Assembly: GCF_028641065.1 (NCBI RefSeq)
Contig: NC_073400.1
Location: 29,512,001 to 29,576,000, forward strand
DNA from: Leucoraja erinacea
Lineage: Eukaryota
DNA length: 64,000 nt
Direction of reading: 5' to 3'
The notes under the pieces are model-generated. The model did no database searches. It had not been told where the DNA came from and saw only the letters and a list, made by a program, of their open reading frames with translations. Below, piece after piece: positions 48,301-60,140 of the stretch. The position numbers and the translations under genes are program-made. Numbering within the stretch: position 1 is the first letter of the stretch; each line of letters starts with the position of its first letter.

Positions 48301-51300
48301 CAGTTTACACCATCTGCACGATGCACTGCAGCAACTCACCAAGACTCCCTAGACAGCGCCTTCCAATTGCAACAGGCTCCTTATTCAATGCATCATTCTT
48401 CACCATTCACACCACATTGGCTGGGAAGCGCTTTGGAACGACCTGTGCAGGTGGTGAGGGACAGTGTACAGTATCTGTCTCTCATCGCAATCTAGGTGGA
48501 ATTCAACACAGTTAAGAAAATGATTGGGCGGATTCCCCTGTACACATTGACGCATACTATAATGTGTATGTCTGTGAAAGGCTAATTATGCTCTTCAATT
48601 TATGAAATATGTTTCCTTCAGTTTCAGGTGCACTGTGGGCTGAGAGCGAAGTAAGAGGGGTTGTGGGAAGAGCGATCACAATCGATTGTCACTATGCAGC
48701 AGTGTACCGCTCACACACAAAATACTGGTGCCCTGGGACAAGTCGCCAGTGTACACATGTAGGTGAAACAAATGGGAAACATGGACAGAGCGGAAGAGTG
48801 TCAATCACAGATAACCCGGCACGAGGAATATTTACTGTGACTGTGGAGGATCTTCACTCTGGAGATACAGGATGGTACAGATGTGGAATTACTGCATCTG
48901 GCGAACCAACATTTAAAGTACATCTCCAAGTATCTGAAGGTAGGTTTCTCAATGAGGGACTTTATGTCTCCACTTTGGCAACGGACAAAACATTTGTTAG
49001 GTGGGAGTCTGGTGCACAGTTCTGGTCCCCGCTTTATAAAACAAAAGATGTGGAAGGCTTGGAGAGGTTACAGAAAATGTCACCGGGATATTTAGTTGTA
49101 GTTTACAAATGCAACATGGAAACGGATCCTTCGGCCCACCGAGTCCTCACTGACTAGCGATCACCGGTCACACTAGTACTATGTTGTTCCACTTTCCCAT
49201 TCGCTCCCTACACACAATGCTACAATACCGCCATTCACACACCTCATTAGTGCAACAGTATCACCATCAACAATTTTATACAAGGAAATTTAAAAGTTGT
49301 TGATAGTGATACTGTTGCACTAATGAAGTGTTTGAATATTGGTATTGTAGAATTGTGGCAGAGTTTCAGATTAAAAGATTAACTATAGATTGTAGGAATT
49401 GTAAAACAAAGAGAGATGGTGCTGCTGTGTACTGGTCCAGTGGCAGACATGGTAGTTCTGGCAGCTGGGAGAATGGAGAGAGACAGAGATGTATAAATCT
49501 GGTAAATGGATTGTGAGTCGATGGATCTTTCTGAAGGACAATTTGGCTGTTGCTTTGAAATGTAGTATCTGAGTAGCTGACATTGTCCTCATCTGTGCTG
49601 GAATGTGTCCCTGTCGATTTCCTATGAAATTGCATTTCTGCAACAGTTTGATTTTGATTCGACATATGGGCAGCTTCCTTGTTGCTTTGAATAGCCAACA
49701 CTGTTGCATAAACGATGCTACCTTTTCATCGTTATCCATATGCAAGGATATGGGGGAAGTTTTTTAGGACCGAGATGAGAAAAACATTTTTCACACAGAG
49801 AGTGGTGAATCTCTGGAACTCTCTGCCACAGAAAGTAGTTGAGGCCAGTTCATTGGCTCTATTTAAGAGGGAGTTAGATGTGGCCCTTGTGGCTATATGT
49901 ATCAGGGGGTATGGAGAGAAGGCAGGTACAGGATACTGAGTTGGATATTCAGCCATGATCATATTGAATGGCGGTGCAGGCTCGAGGGTCTGAATGTCCT
50001 ACTCCTGCACCTATTTTCTATGTTATATGTTTTCCTGCTGGTAATTCCTGAAATGTAAAAGAGAATCTAAGATTGTCCGATGATTTGTCTGATTTGTGGT
50101 CAGTTTAAACCACCATGTTATCGGAAAGATGCTGACAAGTTGGATAGGGTGCAGAGAAGACTTAGAATGACTTGAGGACCCGACCCAGAGGGAGGAGTTG
50201 AGCAGTCTAGCACTTTACTTTTTGGAGCGCAGGAGGATGAGGGATGATCTTCAGGCAGGTAAAAAAAAAACCATGCAACGAATAGTTCGAGTAAATGCAC
50301 AGAGTCTGTTGCCCAGAGTAGGGGAATCGAGAACCAGAGGACATAGTTTTAAGATGAGGAGAATGATTTAACAAGAATCTGGGGAGTAACGTTTTTACAC
50401 AAGGTTGGTAGGTATATGAAACGAACTGCTGACGGAAGCAGTTATTGCAGGTACTATCATAACATTCAAGAAAAATTTGAACAGGTACATGAATAGGATT
50501 AGTTTGGAGGGTTAAGGGCCAAGCATGGGCCGGTGGAACTAGTGTAGATTGGGCGTGTTGGTCAGTGCGGGCAAGTTAGACAGAAGGAACTGTTTCTACG
50601 CTGCATGACTATGGTTATATGTAGATGGATGGGTCAGATTCCAAACTGGCGGCTCTGGCTATGATACAGAGATGTTGGATATTGGCGAGTGTTTCATTTT
50701 CAGATGTTGACTCAGTGTCTGACTGTTTGCTCCTTTCCCACAGAACCCGTGTCTGTTCCTGTGCTTGGATTTCTATCACCAGCCAATGTCTCCTGTCTCG
50801 GGGGCTCAGTGACAGTGTCCTGTGAGTCGTTCCGGGGATCCCTTCCCATTAACTACACCTGGTATGAAAAGACCCCATCTGTGGATTCAAAGATCTCAGA
50901 CAACAATGCCCTGGATCTACATTGTCAATCCTTCAAACACCAGCACCATCAATATTATTGCACAGCCTCAAATAAACGTGGATCAAAATCCAGTGAAATG
51001 GTCAACGTGTCCATCTCAAGCAGTGACGTGCCCTGCAGTTTCCCAGTGAAAATCAACGGCACTGGTAAGTAGTGGAGGGAATGGGGAGAAGAAGGGGGAG
51101 TGGGGGTGCGGTGGTTCATAAAATCACGTGATAAAAGCAGTAATAGACCATTCAATCATGGCTGATCTATCTTCCCCTCTTCACCCCATTCTCCTGCCTT
51201 CTCCATATAACCCCTGACACCCTGAAATCCATGCACGTTATTTAATTTTTATCAAGATTAATATGATGGAATTATGGCCCATTTGTCAATACTTGGTTGC

Positions 51301-54300
51301 TGGGCTCCAGAAATAGATTTCCCAGTGCTGGTGTAGGCCAGCTTCCCGGCTAGAACTTCCTCTTACGTTTACACAGCTGTAAACTAGGTCTGCAGTGACA
51401 TCAGTCCAAGCACTTTCACTTTCCATCATCTCCACATGACCAACACTCAAATATGGGAAGGGAACAGAAATTATCAGTAAATGTGACCACAGTTAACTTC
51501 TAGACTATCAGATTTGGTCCACTGTGTTACCATTAAGTGCCATCGATACTTATCCCATTTTTACCAGCTCCTCATCCATAGTCTTCTCAGACTTGGCAAT
51601 GCAAGTGCCTTCACCATCTGGGTTTAAAAATATTTCTTGCTCAGACACCCTCCAAATATTCTACTCCTAAACTCAACGCTATGTTCTCCACGTCTATGCA
51701 CATCTGCTGTGCTGATTTCCCACGAAGTACCTTATCTATGTCCCTCATAGGGACATTACAGGCACACCTGTATTAGCTTCCTGGTTCCTCTCCTGTGTGG
51801 AATAAAACCCCAGCTATCCAGCCAGTTTAGTTTAAAGATCCAGCATGGAAGCAGCTGCCTTTCACCGGTACACCCATTCTACAATTAGGGACAATTCTAA
51901 ATTAAGGGACAATTTACAGAAGCCAATTAACCTACAAACCTGCACGTCTTTAGTTTAGAGGTACAGTGTGTAAACAAGCCCTTCAGCCCACCGGGTCTGG
52001 GCCGACCAGCGATCCCCGCACATTATTAACCATCCTACACCCACTAGGGATATTAACCAAAGGCAATTAACCTACAAACCTGTACGTCTTTGGGGTGTGG
52101 GAGGAAACCGAAGATCTCGGAGAGAACCCACGCAGGTCACGGGGAGAACGTACAAACTCCATACAGGCAGCACCCGTGGTCGGGATCATTGCCCTGTCTA
52201 CTAAGCCTATAAACTCCTTACATCGGACAAGCATGCTCTCTTGTTCAGCTGCAAGTGAAAAGCAGTGAAACTGATTTTTTATTTCCTTGTTCCAACAGGA
52301 CTTGAATATTCTTGTGAAACTTCAAAAAGATCCAAGTATACTTCAAGGTAAACTGTTTAAGAATTAACTGCAGATGGTGGAAAATCGAAGGTAGACAAAA
52401 GTGCTGTAGAAACTCAGCGGGTGCAGCAGCATCTATGGAGCGAAGGACATAGACAACGTTTCGGGCCGAAACCCTTCTTCAGACTGATTGATGGTCTGAT
52501 GAACGGCTTCGGCCCGAAACGTTGCCTATTTCTTTCGCTCCATAGATGCTGCTGCACCCGCTGAGTTTCTCCAGCACTTTTGTCTACCTTCAAGGTTAAC
52601 TACTCTGTTTCCAATGAAAGGCGCCATGTACTAATTGCTGGTGTTTTGATTGGGATTACTTCAATTGGGAGAAGTTTGTGTCTTCCGTTCACTGACATTC
52701 AAGGCCGGTTGGAGTATTGATCTGTACACACAGTGACACAGCCAGTGGAACCACAGCCTCACAAAGCCAAGACCCTGAACTTAGGTGCCGTCTATGTGTG
52801 TTCTGCATATTTTGCTTTCATTGTGTTCGAAGGAACTGCAGATGCTGGTTTAAACTGAATATAGCTACAAACAACTGGAGTAACTCATCGGGTCAGACAG
52901 CGTCTCTGGAGAAATGGAATAGGTGACGTTTCGGGTTGAGACCCTTCTTCAGATTGAGAGTCAGGGGAAAGGGAAACGAGAGCGATATCGACGGTGATAT
53001 AGAAAGATATAAAACAATGAATGAAAGATATGCAAAAAAGTAACGATGATCAAGGAAACGATCCATAGGTAGCTGTGGGTTAGGTGAAAACGAGTTATAC
53101 AGACAACGAGACACTACAAGACAACAGTGACATTCATACCACAACTAGAGTGGGGGAAGGACGAAGAGAGAGGAGATGCAAGGGTAATTTAAAGTTAGAG
53201 AAATCAACATTTATACTGCTTGGCAGTAAGCTGCCCAAGAGAAGTATGAGGTGCTGGTCCTCCAATTTGCATATGGCCTCACTCTGGCAATGGAGGAAGC
53301 CCAGGACAGAACAGTCAGTGTGGGAATGGGCGGGGGAGTTAAAGTGTTTAGCAACTGGGAGATCATATAGTGCCAGGAGGACTGAGCATAAGTGTTCAGT
53401 GAAGCGATCGCCCAGTCAACGTTTAGTCCTGCTGATGTATAAGAGTCCACACCTCATACAGTAGATGAGGTTGGATGAGGTTCAAATGAACTCTATCCTG
53501 AAAGGACAGTTGAGGTCCTTGGACAGAGTCGAGGGAGGAGGTACAGGGACAGGTGTTGCGTTTCCTGTGGTTGAAAGGGAAGGTATTGGGGAGAGCTATT
53601 GGATGGGAAAGGATGAGATAACCAGAGAGGTATAGGGGACCTCAAACATACGTGATAGTGAAAGGCTTGTATAGAGTGGATGTGGGGAGGATGTTTCCAC
53701 CAGTGGGAGATTCAAGGACTAGAGGTCACAGCCTCAGAATGAGATGTTCTTTTAGGAAGAAGATGAGGAGAAAATCCTTTAGTCTGAGGGTGGTGAATCT
53801 GTGGAATTCTTTGCCTCAGAATTCTGTGGAGGCTAATCAGTGGATATTTTTAAGGCAGAGATAGCTAGATTCTTCATTAGTACGGGTGTTAGAGGTTATG
53901 GGGAGAAGGCAGGACAATGGAGTTTGGAGGGAGAGATAGATCAGTCATGATTGAATGGCGGAGTAGATGTGATGGGCCAAATTCCCTAATTCTTCTCATA
54001 TTGCTTATGACCTTATTCTATCATAATATGTATATGCCTTGCAAACCAGATATTAGTTAACTCACCAATAGTGAAATTGCGCTGGTTTGCATCTCATTGT
54101 GTTGTGTATACGCTTGGGTGATGAGAACACTTCCTCCATTTGTGGTACTCCCTGCGGTATTCACCATGACTTCTCCATCACTAACCTCACCCCACGGTGT
54201 GAGATGAGTATAGTTGCCAAACCCAAGTATTGTTGCTTTGCCTTGCTGTGACCTGCTCTGGCGTGGTACTGATAGGAAAATGCATAGTGAATTATGGGCT

Positions 54301-57300
54301 AAAACACCACCTTTGATATCACGTATGGCAACACCTTCCAGAGTTGGTCAAAGTCTCAATGTCAGTCACTCCAACAGCAGGAAGTGTCTCCACCTAGAAC
54401 GTGACCCTGGGTGGTAGGCATGTTAGATCACACTGCTGACCTTGAGATGGTCATGGTGAGCCGTCTTCTAGATATGTTGAAGATGTTTCATATTCCAGAC
54501 GGCTCTTAGCGAACAGTCACTGTCCAAACCCAATGTTGGTGGAGGTGAAGATGGAGTTGTAAATGGCATTGTGGTGAGATTTGTTGTGAACCAAGTGCAT
54601 TGTTTTCTCTTTGGCCTGGTGTTCTCTCCACCGAGGTTGGACCAGGGTTGTAGAACCGTATTCACACAGTGGTGATTTCAATGATAGCTGCAAATATTTG
54701 GTTAATACACTGCAGTATTGTGGGGGGGGGGGGCAGCATGCTGGCAGTCAGATATGAAAACTCCAAAAACAGTGGCATGGAGGCACAGCGGTAGAGTTTC
54801 TGCCTTATTGCCCCAGAGACGTGTTCGATCCCGACAACTGATGCTGCCTGTACGGAGTTTGGTCGTTCTTCCAGTGACCACAGGGGTTTTCTCCAGTTTT
54901 CTCTGGGTGTTCCAGTTTTCTCCCACATTCCAAAGACGTGCAGGTTTGTAGGTTAATTGGCTTCAGTAAATTGTCTCCGATGTTTAGGACGGATCTAGTG
55001 TATGGGGATTGCTGACCGATGCAGACTTGGTGGGCCGAAAGGCCTGTTTCCATGCTGTATCTCTAAACTCAACTAATCTAATCGAAACTCAACTCAACTA
55101 ATCATTGCAATAAAAGTGTAACAGTTCCCATACATTGTTTGTCAAGGAGGAGGGAGGGTTCCTTAATGGTTGGACCCAATTGCTCTTCAACCAGTTTCAC
55201 GATCGTTTGTCAGTGTCACCTTACTGTGAGCAGATTAGCTGCTGCATTACCCACCAAAACAAACTCTACACCTCATTTCCTTTGCTGCACACTTCAAAAA
55301 AATCATGAAAGGTGCCATATAAATGTTTGACTTTTGTTCTTTACTGAAGTCCAAGAATCAATGATGAGCCATGTCTCACCCTTCCCTATTCTCTGTCCAA
55401 CAGGATCATTTACATAGTTGCGTCTGGTGTCACTGTGCTTCTCCTGATTCTCATCATTGCCTTCTTTTGGTACCGAAAGCGTAAAACCAAGGGTGAGTTT
55501 CTGATTTCACTTAAATAATTTCACAATACATGTCTGAGTTCCTTGCAGAATGTCAAGAGATTTAATTATGTTCTAATCAACAAATACCCTGCATTAAAGT
55601 AATAAAATGTAGGGAGAAGCATGGATGATCAATAATGCTATCATGTTTGATGCTTTCATGGTGACTCAGTGAAAAACTGTTCTTTGAACATCATTTTACA
55701 GAAACTGTCTGAGTGTGAAATGGCAGAGATGTGTGAGAACTAAGAGGCCAGGTAGAAGTAAGATTTACATAGATACTCTCATCCTCTCAGCTGTTAGAAT
55801 ATGCTTTGTGTGATTAGCTGTTGTATTTCGATTCAGGTGAAGTCGTGTTTATTGTCACATGCACAAGCACGTTGAAGTACAGTTACAATGAAGATCACGC
55901 CTGCAGCCTCACATGGACATCGACAACGTACAACATACCTGCATCACACAGAGGGTGGTGGGTATATGGCAGGAGCTGCCAGAGGAGGTAGTTGAGGCAG
56001 AGCTGGTCTAGCTAGGACAGGTAATCCAAGATGTGAACGCCCATAAACTTGAAGCTGCCAACTATCTTCACCACCGATGATGGTAGATGGATGGGCCAAT
56101 TAGCATAATTCTGCTCCTATCACTTACTGAACTTATGAAAACCTGTTTTAGCAAATAAGGTTAGGACAATAGACACAAAATGCTGGAGTAACTGAGTGGA
56201 ACGTGCAGCATCTCTGGAGAGAAGGAATGTGTGACATTTCGGGTCAAGACCCCTTTTCAGACTGATGTCAGGGGAGTTGGTAGTACAGAGATAAAATGTA
56301 GTCGGAGACAGTAAGACTAGTCAAAGAACTGGGAATGGGGAGGGGATGGAGAGAGAGGGAAAAACAAGGGTTACTTGAAGTTAGAGAAGTCAATGTTCAT
56401 ACCGCTGGGGTGTAAGCTGCCCAAGCAAAATATGAGGTGCTGTTCCTCCAATTTGTGCTGGGTTTCACTCTGACAATGGAGGAGGCCCAGGACAGAAAGG
56501 TTAGTGTGGGAATGGGGGGAGGAGTTAAAGTGTTGAGCAACCGGGAGATCGGGTAGGTTTAGGCATCTGTTAGGAGGGATGGGTAGAGCACAGGGTATAT
56601 GATACAGCAACCAGAACAACAGGGCTGATTCTTATTCCGTACGTGCAGTACTTTTGACCTGAATATAAGGTCTTGCACACAACACGTAGATGTTTCTGTG
56701 TGTTGGAGGGAACTACAGATGCTGGTTTACAATGAAGATAAACACAAAATGCTCATGCAATTCAGCGGGTCAGGGTACGTCTATGCAGAAGAGGAACAGG
56801 TGACGTTTCGAGTCGAGACCCTTCTTCAGACTGAGAGTCAGGGGAAAGGGAAACAAGAGATCTCGAAGATACATAGAACAAATGAATGGAATATATGAAT
56901 GAATTATGTTTAAACCTGTTCCTGATATGGCTCTATCGACAACATATTTTCCAGAATCCAAGCGCAATACATCACACGGTGAAGACAACAATGAAACCCA
57001 GGTAAAAATGTGAAATATAAATTCTCTGAGTGATGAAGAATATATAGCATTGAATTATCAGTGTTTACACAGGTCGTTTAGCAACACCAGTTCAGTCCAG
57101 TTAAGAGATCCAGCGCAGAAACAGGCCCTTTGGCCCACAGAGTCTAGGCCGACCAGCGAACCCTGCACATGTACAGTATCCTACACACACTAGGGGCAAT
57201 TTGCAATTAAGCCAAACCAATTAACCTACAAGAAACTCAGCGGGTGCAGCAGCATCTATGGAGCGAAGGAAATAGGCAACGTTTCGGGCCGAAACCCTTC

Positions 57301-58872
57301 TTCAGACTGATCGGGGGTGGGGGTAGGTCGGGACAAGAAAGGGAAAAGGAGGAGTAGCCAGAAGGCTGGAGGGTGGGAGGAGATAGTAGGGGAGCTGAGG
57401 AAGGGGAGGAGACAGCAAGGACTAACAGAATTGGAAGAATTCGATGTTCATGCCCCGGGGGTGTAGACTCCCCAAACGGAATATGAGGTGCTGTTCCTCC
57501 AATTTCCGGTGCTGCTCGCTGTGGCCATGGAGGAGACCCAGGACAGAGAGGTCGGAGGCGGAGTGGGAGGGGGAGTTGAAGTGCTGAGCCACCGGGAGGT
57601 CAGCTTGGTTATTGCGGACCGAGCGGAGGTGTTCGGCGAAACGATCGCCCAACCTCCGCTTGGTCTCACCGATATAGATCTGCTGGCATCTAGAGCAGCG
57701 GACGCAATAGATGAGGTTGGAAGAGATGCAGGTAAACCTCTGTCGCACCTGGAACGACTGCTTGGGTCCTTGAACGGAGTCGAGGGGGGAGGCAAAGGGA
57801 CAAGTGTTGCATCTCCTGCGGCCGCAAGGGAAAGTGCCCGGGGAGAGGGTGGACCGAGAGGGAAGGGAAGAATTGACAAGGGAGTTATGGAGGGAGCGGT
57901 CTTTGCGGAAGGCAGATATGGGGGGAGGTTGGGCGATCGTTTCGCCGAACACCTCCGCTCGGTCCGCAATAACCAAGCTGACCTCCCGGTGGCTCAGCAC
58001 TTCAACTCCCCCTCCCACTCCGCCTCCGACCTCTCTGTCCTGGGTCTCCTCCATGGCCACAGCGAGCAGCACCAGAAATTGGAGGAACAGCACCTCATAT
58101 TCCGTTTGGGGAGTCTACACCCCCGGGGCATGAACATCGAATTCTCCCAATTCTGTTAGTCCTTGCTGTCTCCTCCCCTTCCTCAGCTCCCCTACTATCT
58201 CCTCCCACCCTCCAGCCTTCTGGCTACTCCTCCTTTTCCCTTTCTTGTCCCGACCCACCCCCACCCCCGATCAGTCTGAAGAAGGGTTTCGGCCCGAAAC
58301 GTTGCCTATTTCCTTCGCTCCATAGATGCTGCTGCACCCGCTGAGTTTCTCCAGCTTTTCTGTGTAACCTTCGATTCTCCAGCATCTGCAGTTCCCTCTT
58401 AAACAATTAACCTACAAGCCTGTTGTAGGCGCTGTCAGGCAGCAACTCTACTGCTGCTCCACCGTACTGCACTATCTTTGTGTTGTAAACAGCAGCAATG
58501 GCTTGTTCTGTACACTGAACAGTTTGAGACCTACTTTGTAATAGACCTCTGTTGAGGACCTTTCAAATCTATTAGGTTGTAAAATTGGATTGTGTTACAT
58601 TTTAGGAAATGGCAGTGTTGAAAGAGGACCACGTTGATGCAAATCTGGAAAACAACAGGGCAGGTGACCATTTGGATAACAATGAAGGTGGAATCACGTA
58701 TGCAGTGGTGAAATTTCAAAAGAAGACAAGACCAAGGCAGCATGTGGCTGAAAACGCTGTCGTCTACGCAGATGTCAAGTTTCATCGCAACTGCCCAAAG
58801 GGCATTCGGAAACCCCAATCTCCTGGGACTCCAGAGAACCCTGAGTCAACCTATGCCTCTGTCGTTTCTTAG
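42349..58872 (+). CDS. Gene 4: complete CD300/pIgR-like (MDIR-like) inhibitory receptor, 593 aa
   Basis: join(42349-42397,43469-43789,47075-47395,48622-48939,50744-51064,52299-52347,55404-55492,56955-57001,58606-58872) = 1782 nt; all GT-AG, same phases as gene 3. Confidence 0.9.
43469..43789 (+). CDS. Gene 4 V1 exon
   Basis: ITIDCHY...KYWCDWRRSPC...DAGWYRCG. Confidence 0.93.
44917..45557 (-). mobile_element. Rex1/Babar-type LINE 3' fragment
   Basis: Minus ORF ITVWFGNSSAWDRKALQRAVRSAER...HPNNGLFQLLRSGKR...SFFSQAIRIL; (ttgac)n tail. Confidence 0.85.
45817..46031 (-). mobile_element. CR1 LINE 3' fragment
   Basis: catagaaacatagaaattaggtgc..., reverse complement of the 3' end of the 14881-17633 family. 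Confidence 0.85.
47075..47395 (+). CDS. Gene 4 C2a exon
   Basis: 321-nt phase 1-1 Ig exon. Confidence 0.9.
47967..48193. mobile_element. hAT-type MITE
   Basis: TIRs cagtgcatcttaaact / agtttaagaagcactg; 8-bp TSD gcc(a/t)aggc; internal ttcattcaccct repeats. Confidence 0.75.
48622..48939 (+). CDS. Gene 4 V2 exon
   Basis: 318 nt; retains the HGQ segment missing from V2 of genes 1 and 3. Confidence 0.92.
49366..50047 (-). pseudogene. Inverted fossil ITIM exon, gene 4 copy, split by a CR1 fragment
   Basis: Acceptor at 50047 (ELPAGK), CR1 3' piece ~49727-50030, then an open frame GSIVYATV...VSYSDT to 49366. Confidence 0.6.
49727..50030 (+). mobile_element. CR1 LINE 3' fragment inserted in the fossil exon
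   Basis: FFTQRVVNLWNSLPQKVVEASSLALFKRELDVAL; flanked by a ttttc duplication; absent in genes 1 and 3. Confidence 0.85.
50744..51064 (+). CDS. Gene 4 C2b exon
   Basis: 321-nt phase 1-1 Ig exon. Confidence 0.9.
52299..52347 (+). CDS. Gene 4 stalk exon GLEYSCETSKRSKYTSR
   Basis: 49 nt, phase 1-2. Confidence 0.82.
52355..52591. mobile_element. Non-autonomous Penelope-derived fold-back element
   Basis: ~98-nt inverted arms 52387-52484 / 52494-52591; flanked by repeated cttcaaggt(a/t)aact; absent after the gene 3 stalk exon. Confidence 0.8.
52825..53620 (-). mobile_element. Degenerate Penelope-like fragment
   Basis: Reverse-complement similarity to the GIY-YIG C-terminus and pseudo-LTR; boundaries approximate. 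Confidence 0.7.
53625..54020 (+). mobile_element. CR1 LINE 3' fragment
   Basis: MFPPVGDSRTRGHSLRM...RVVNLWNSLPQ. Confidence 0.75.
55404..55492 (+). CDS. Gene 4 neutral TM exon
   Basis: Identical to 34806-34894 by manual comparison. Confidence 0.92.
56165..56570 (-). mobile_element. Penelope-like fragment
   Basis: Minus ORF LPVAQHFNSSPHSHTNLSVLGLLHCQSETQHKLEEQHLIFCLGSLHPSGMNIDFSNFK. Confidence 0.8.
56955..57001 (+). CDS. Gene 4 cytoplasmic exon 1 ESKRNTSHGEDNNETQ
   Basis: 47 nt, phase 1-0, paralog of 35434-35480. Confidence 0.82.
57231..58403 (-). mobile_element. Young 5'-truncated Penelope-like element with GIY-YIG endonuclease segment and inverted pseudo-LTR
   Basis: CGRRRCNTCP...SSNLIYCVRCSRCQQIYIGETKRRLGDRFAEH...; 427-bp inverted arms 57231-57657 / 57924-58350; 15-bp flanking direct repeat caattaacctacaag; absent in the gene 3 intron. 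Confidence 0.93.
58606..58872 (+). CDS. Gene 4 terminal exon with ITIMs (ITYAVV, VVYADV, STYASV)
   Basis: ttttag|GAA acceptor; three ITIM-consensus motifs; first Tyr motif replaced by VDANL. Confidence 0.92.
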   Translation, partial: EMAVLKEDHVDANLENNRAGDHLDNNEGGITYAVVKFQKKTRPRQHVAENAVVYADVKFHRNCPKGIRKPQSPGTPENPESTYASVVS

Positions 58873-59015
58873 GAGAGATTTTTAATTTGGTGTGAGTTTT
58901 TGGCAATACTTGCTTTACTGCATTAATCTGTTCAATACTTTATCAAAGATGGACACAAAATGCTGGAGTAGCTCAGCAGGTCAGGTAGCATCTCTGGAGA
59001 AATTGGACAGGTGGT

Positions 59016-60140
59016 GATACTAAGGTAATACTAAGATAGGTGGTGTTGTGGATAATGAAGTCGATTTTCAAAGTCTACAGAGAGATTTAGGCCATTTGGA
59101 AGAGTGGGCTGAAAGATGGCAGATGGAGTTTAATGCTGATAAGTGTGAGGTGCTACATCTTGGCAGGACAAATCAAAATAGGACGTACATAGTAAATGGT
59201 AGCAAATTGATGAATGCAGTTGAACAGAGGGGTCTAAGAATAACTGTGCATAGTTCCGTGAAGGTGGAATCTCATGTAAGTCAAGTCAAGTCAAGTCAAG
59301 TTTATTTGTCACATACACATACGAGATGTGCAGTGAAATGAAAAGTGGCAATGCTCGTGACTTTGTGCAAAAAGGCAAACAACCAAACAAACTACAAACA
59401 GAATGTAACAGAATCACATATTCTTTTCCATATTAAATATTGTGGGCGGCAGGAAAAAGGGAACAAAAAAACAGCGATTTAAAAAAATATATAGGATGGA
59501 TAGGGTAGTAAAGAAAGCTTTTGGTGTGCTGGCCTTTATAAAGTCAGAGCATTGAGTATAGAAGTTGGGATGTAATGTTAAAATTGTACAAGGCATTGTT
59601 GAGGCCAATTCTGGAGTATGGTGTACAATTTTGGTCGCCTAATTATAGGAAGGATGTCAACAAAATAGAGAGAGTACAGAGGAGATTTACTAAAATGTTG
59701 CCTGGGTTACAGAAAGGTTGAACAAGTTAGGTCTTTATTCTTTGGAGCACAGAAGGTTAAGGGGAGACTTGATAGAGGTCTTTAAAATGATGAGAGGGAT
59801 AGACAGAGTTGACGTGGATAAGCTTTTCCCATTGAGAGTAGGGACGATTCAAACAAGAGGACATGACTTGAGAATTAAGGGACAGAAGTTTAGGGGTAAC
59901 ATGAGGGGGAACTTCTTTACTCAGAGAGTGGTGGCTGTGTGGAATGAGCTTCCAGTGGAAGTGGTGGAGGCAGGTCCGATTTTATCATTTAAAAATAAAT
60001 TGGATAGGTATATAGACGGGAAAGGAATGGAGGGTTATGGTCTGAGTGCTGGTAGATGGGACTAGGGGAAAATAAGTGTTCGGCACGGACTTGAAGGGTC
60101 GAGATGGCCTGTTTCCATGCTGTAATTGTTATATGGTTAT
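59016..60140 (+). mobile_element. CR1 LINE 3' fragment (second family) with a nested minus-strand Rex-like 3' tail at ~59279-59490
   Basis: LQRDLGHLEEWAERWQMEFNADKCEVLHLG; LGLYSLEHRRLRGDLIEVFK; (caagt)n at 59280-59300. Confidence 0.88.

Noticed and set aside
49702-49745. MDNDEK similarity to LDNNEG of the terminal exon
   Set aside because: These codons come mostly from the CR1 insertion junction; the true fossil exon start is at 50047
842-51064. Rearranging Ig/TCR/IgNAR gene segments
   Set aside because: V exons include their own G strand and end in splice donors; no heptamer-nonamer RSS seen; the second domain type is C2-like rather than C1
57422-58159. Two mirror-image 223-aa ORFs on opposite strands
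   Set aside because: Consequence of the Penelope inverted repeat, not a bidirectional gene pair
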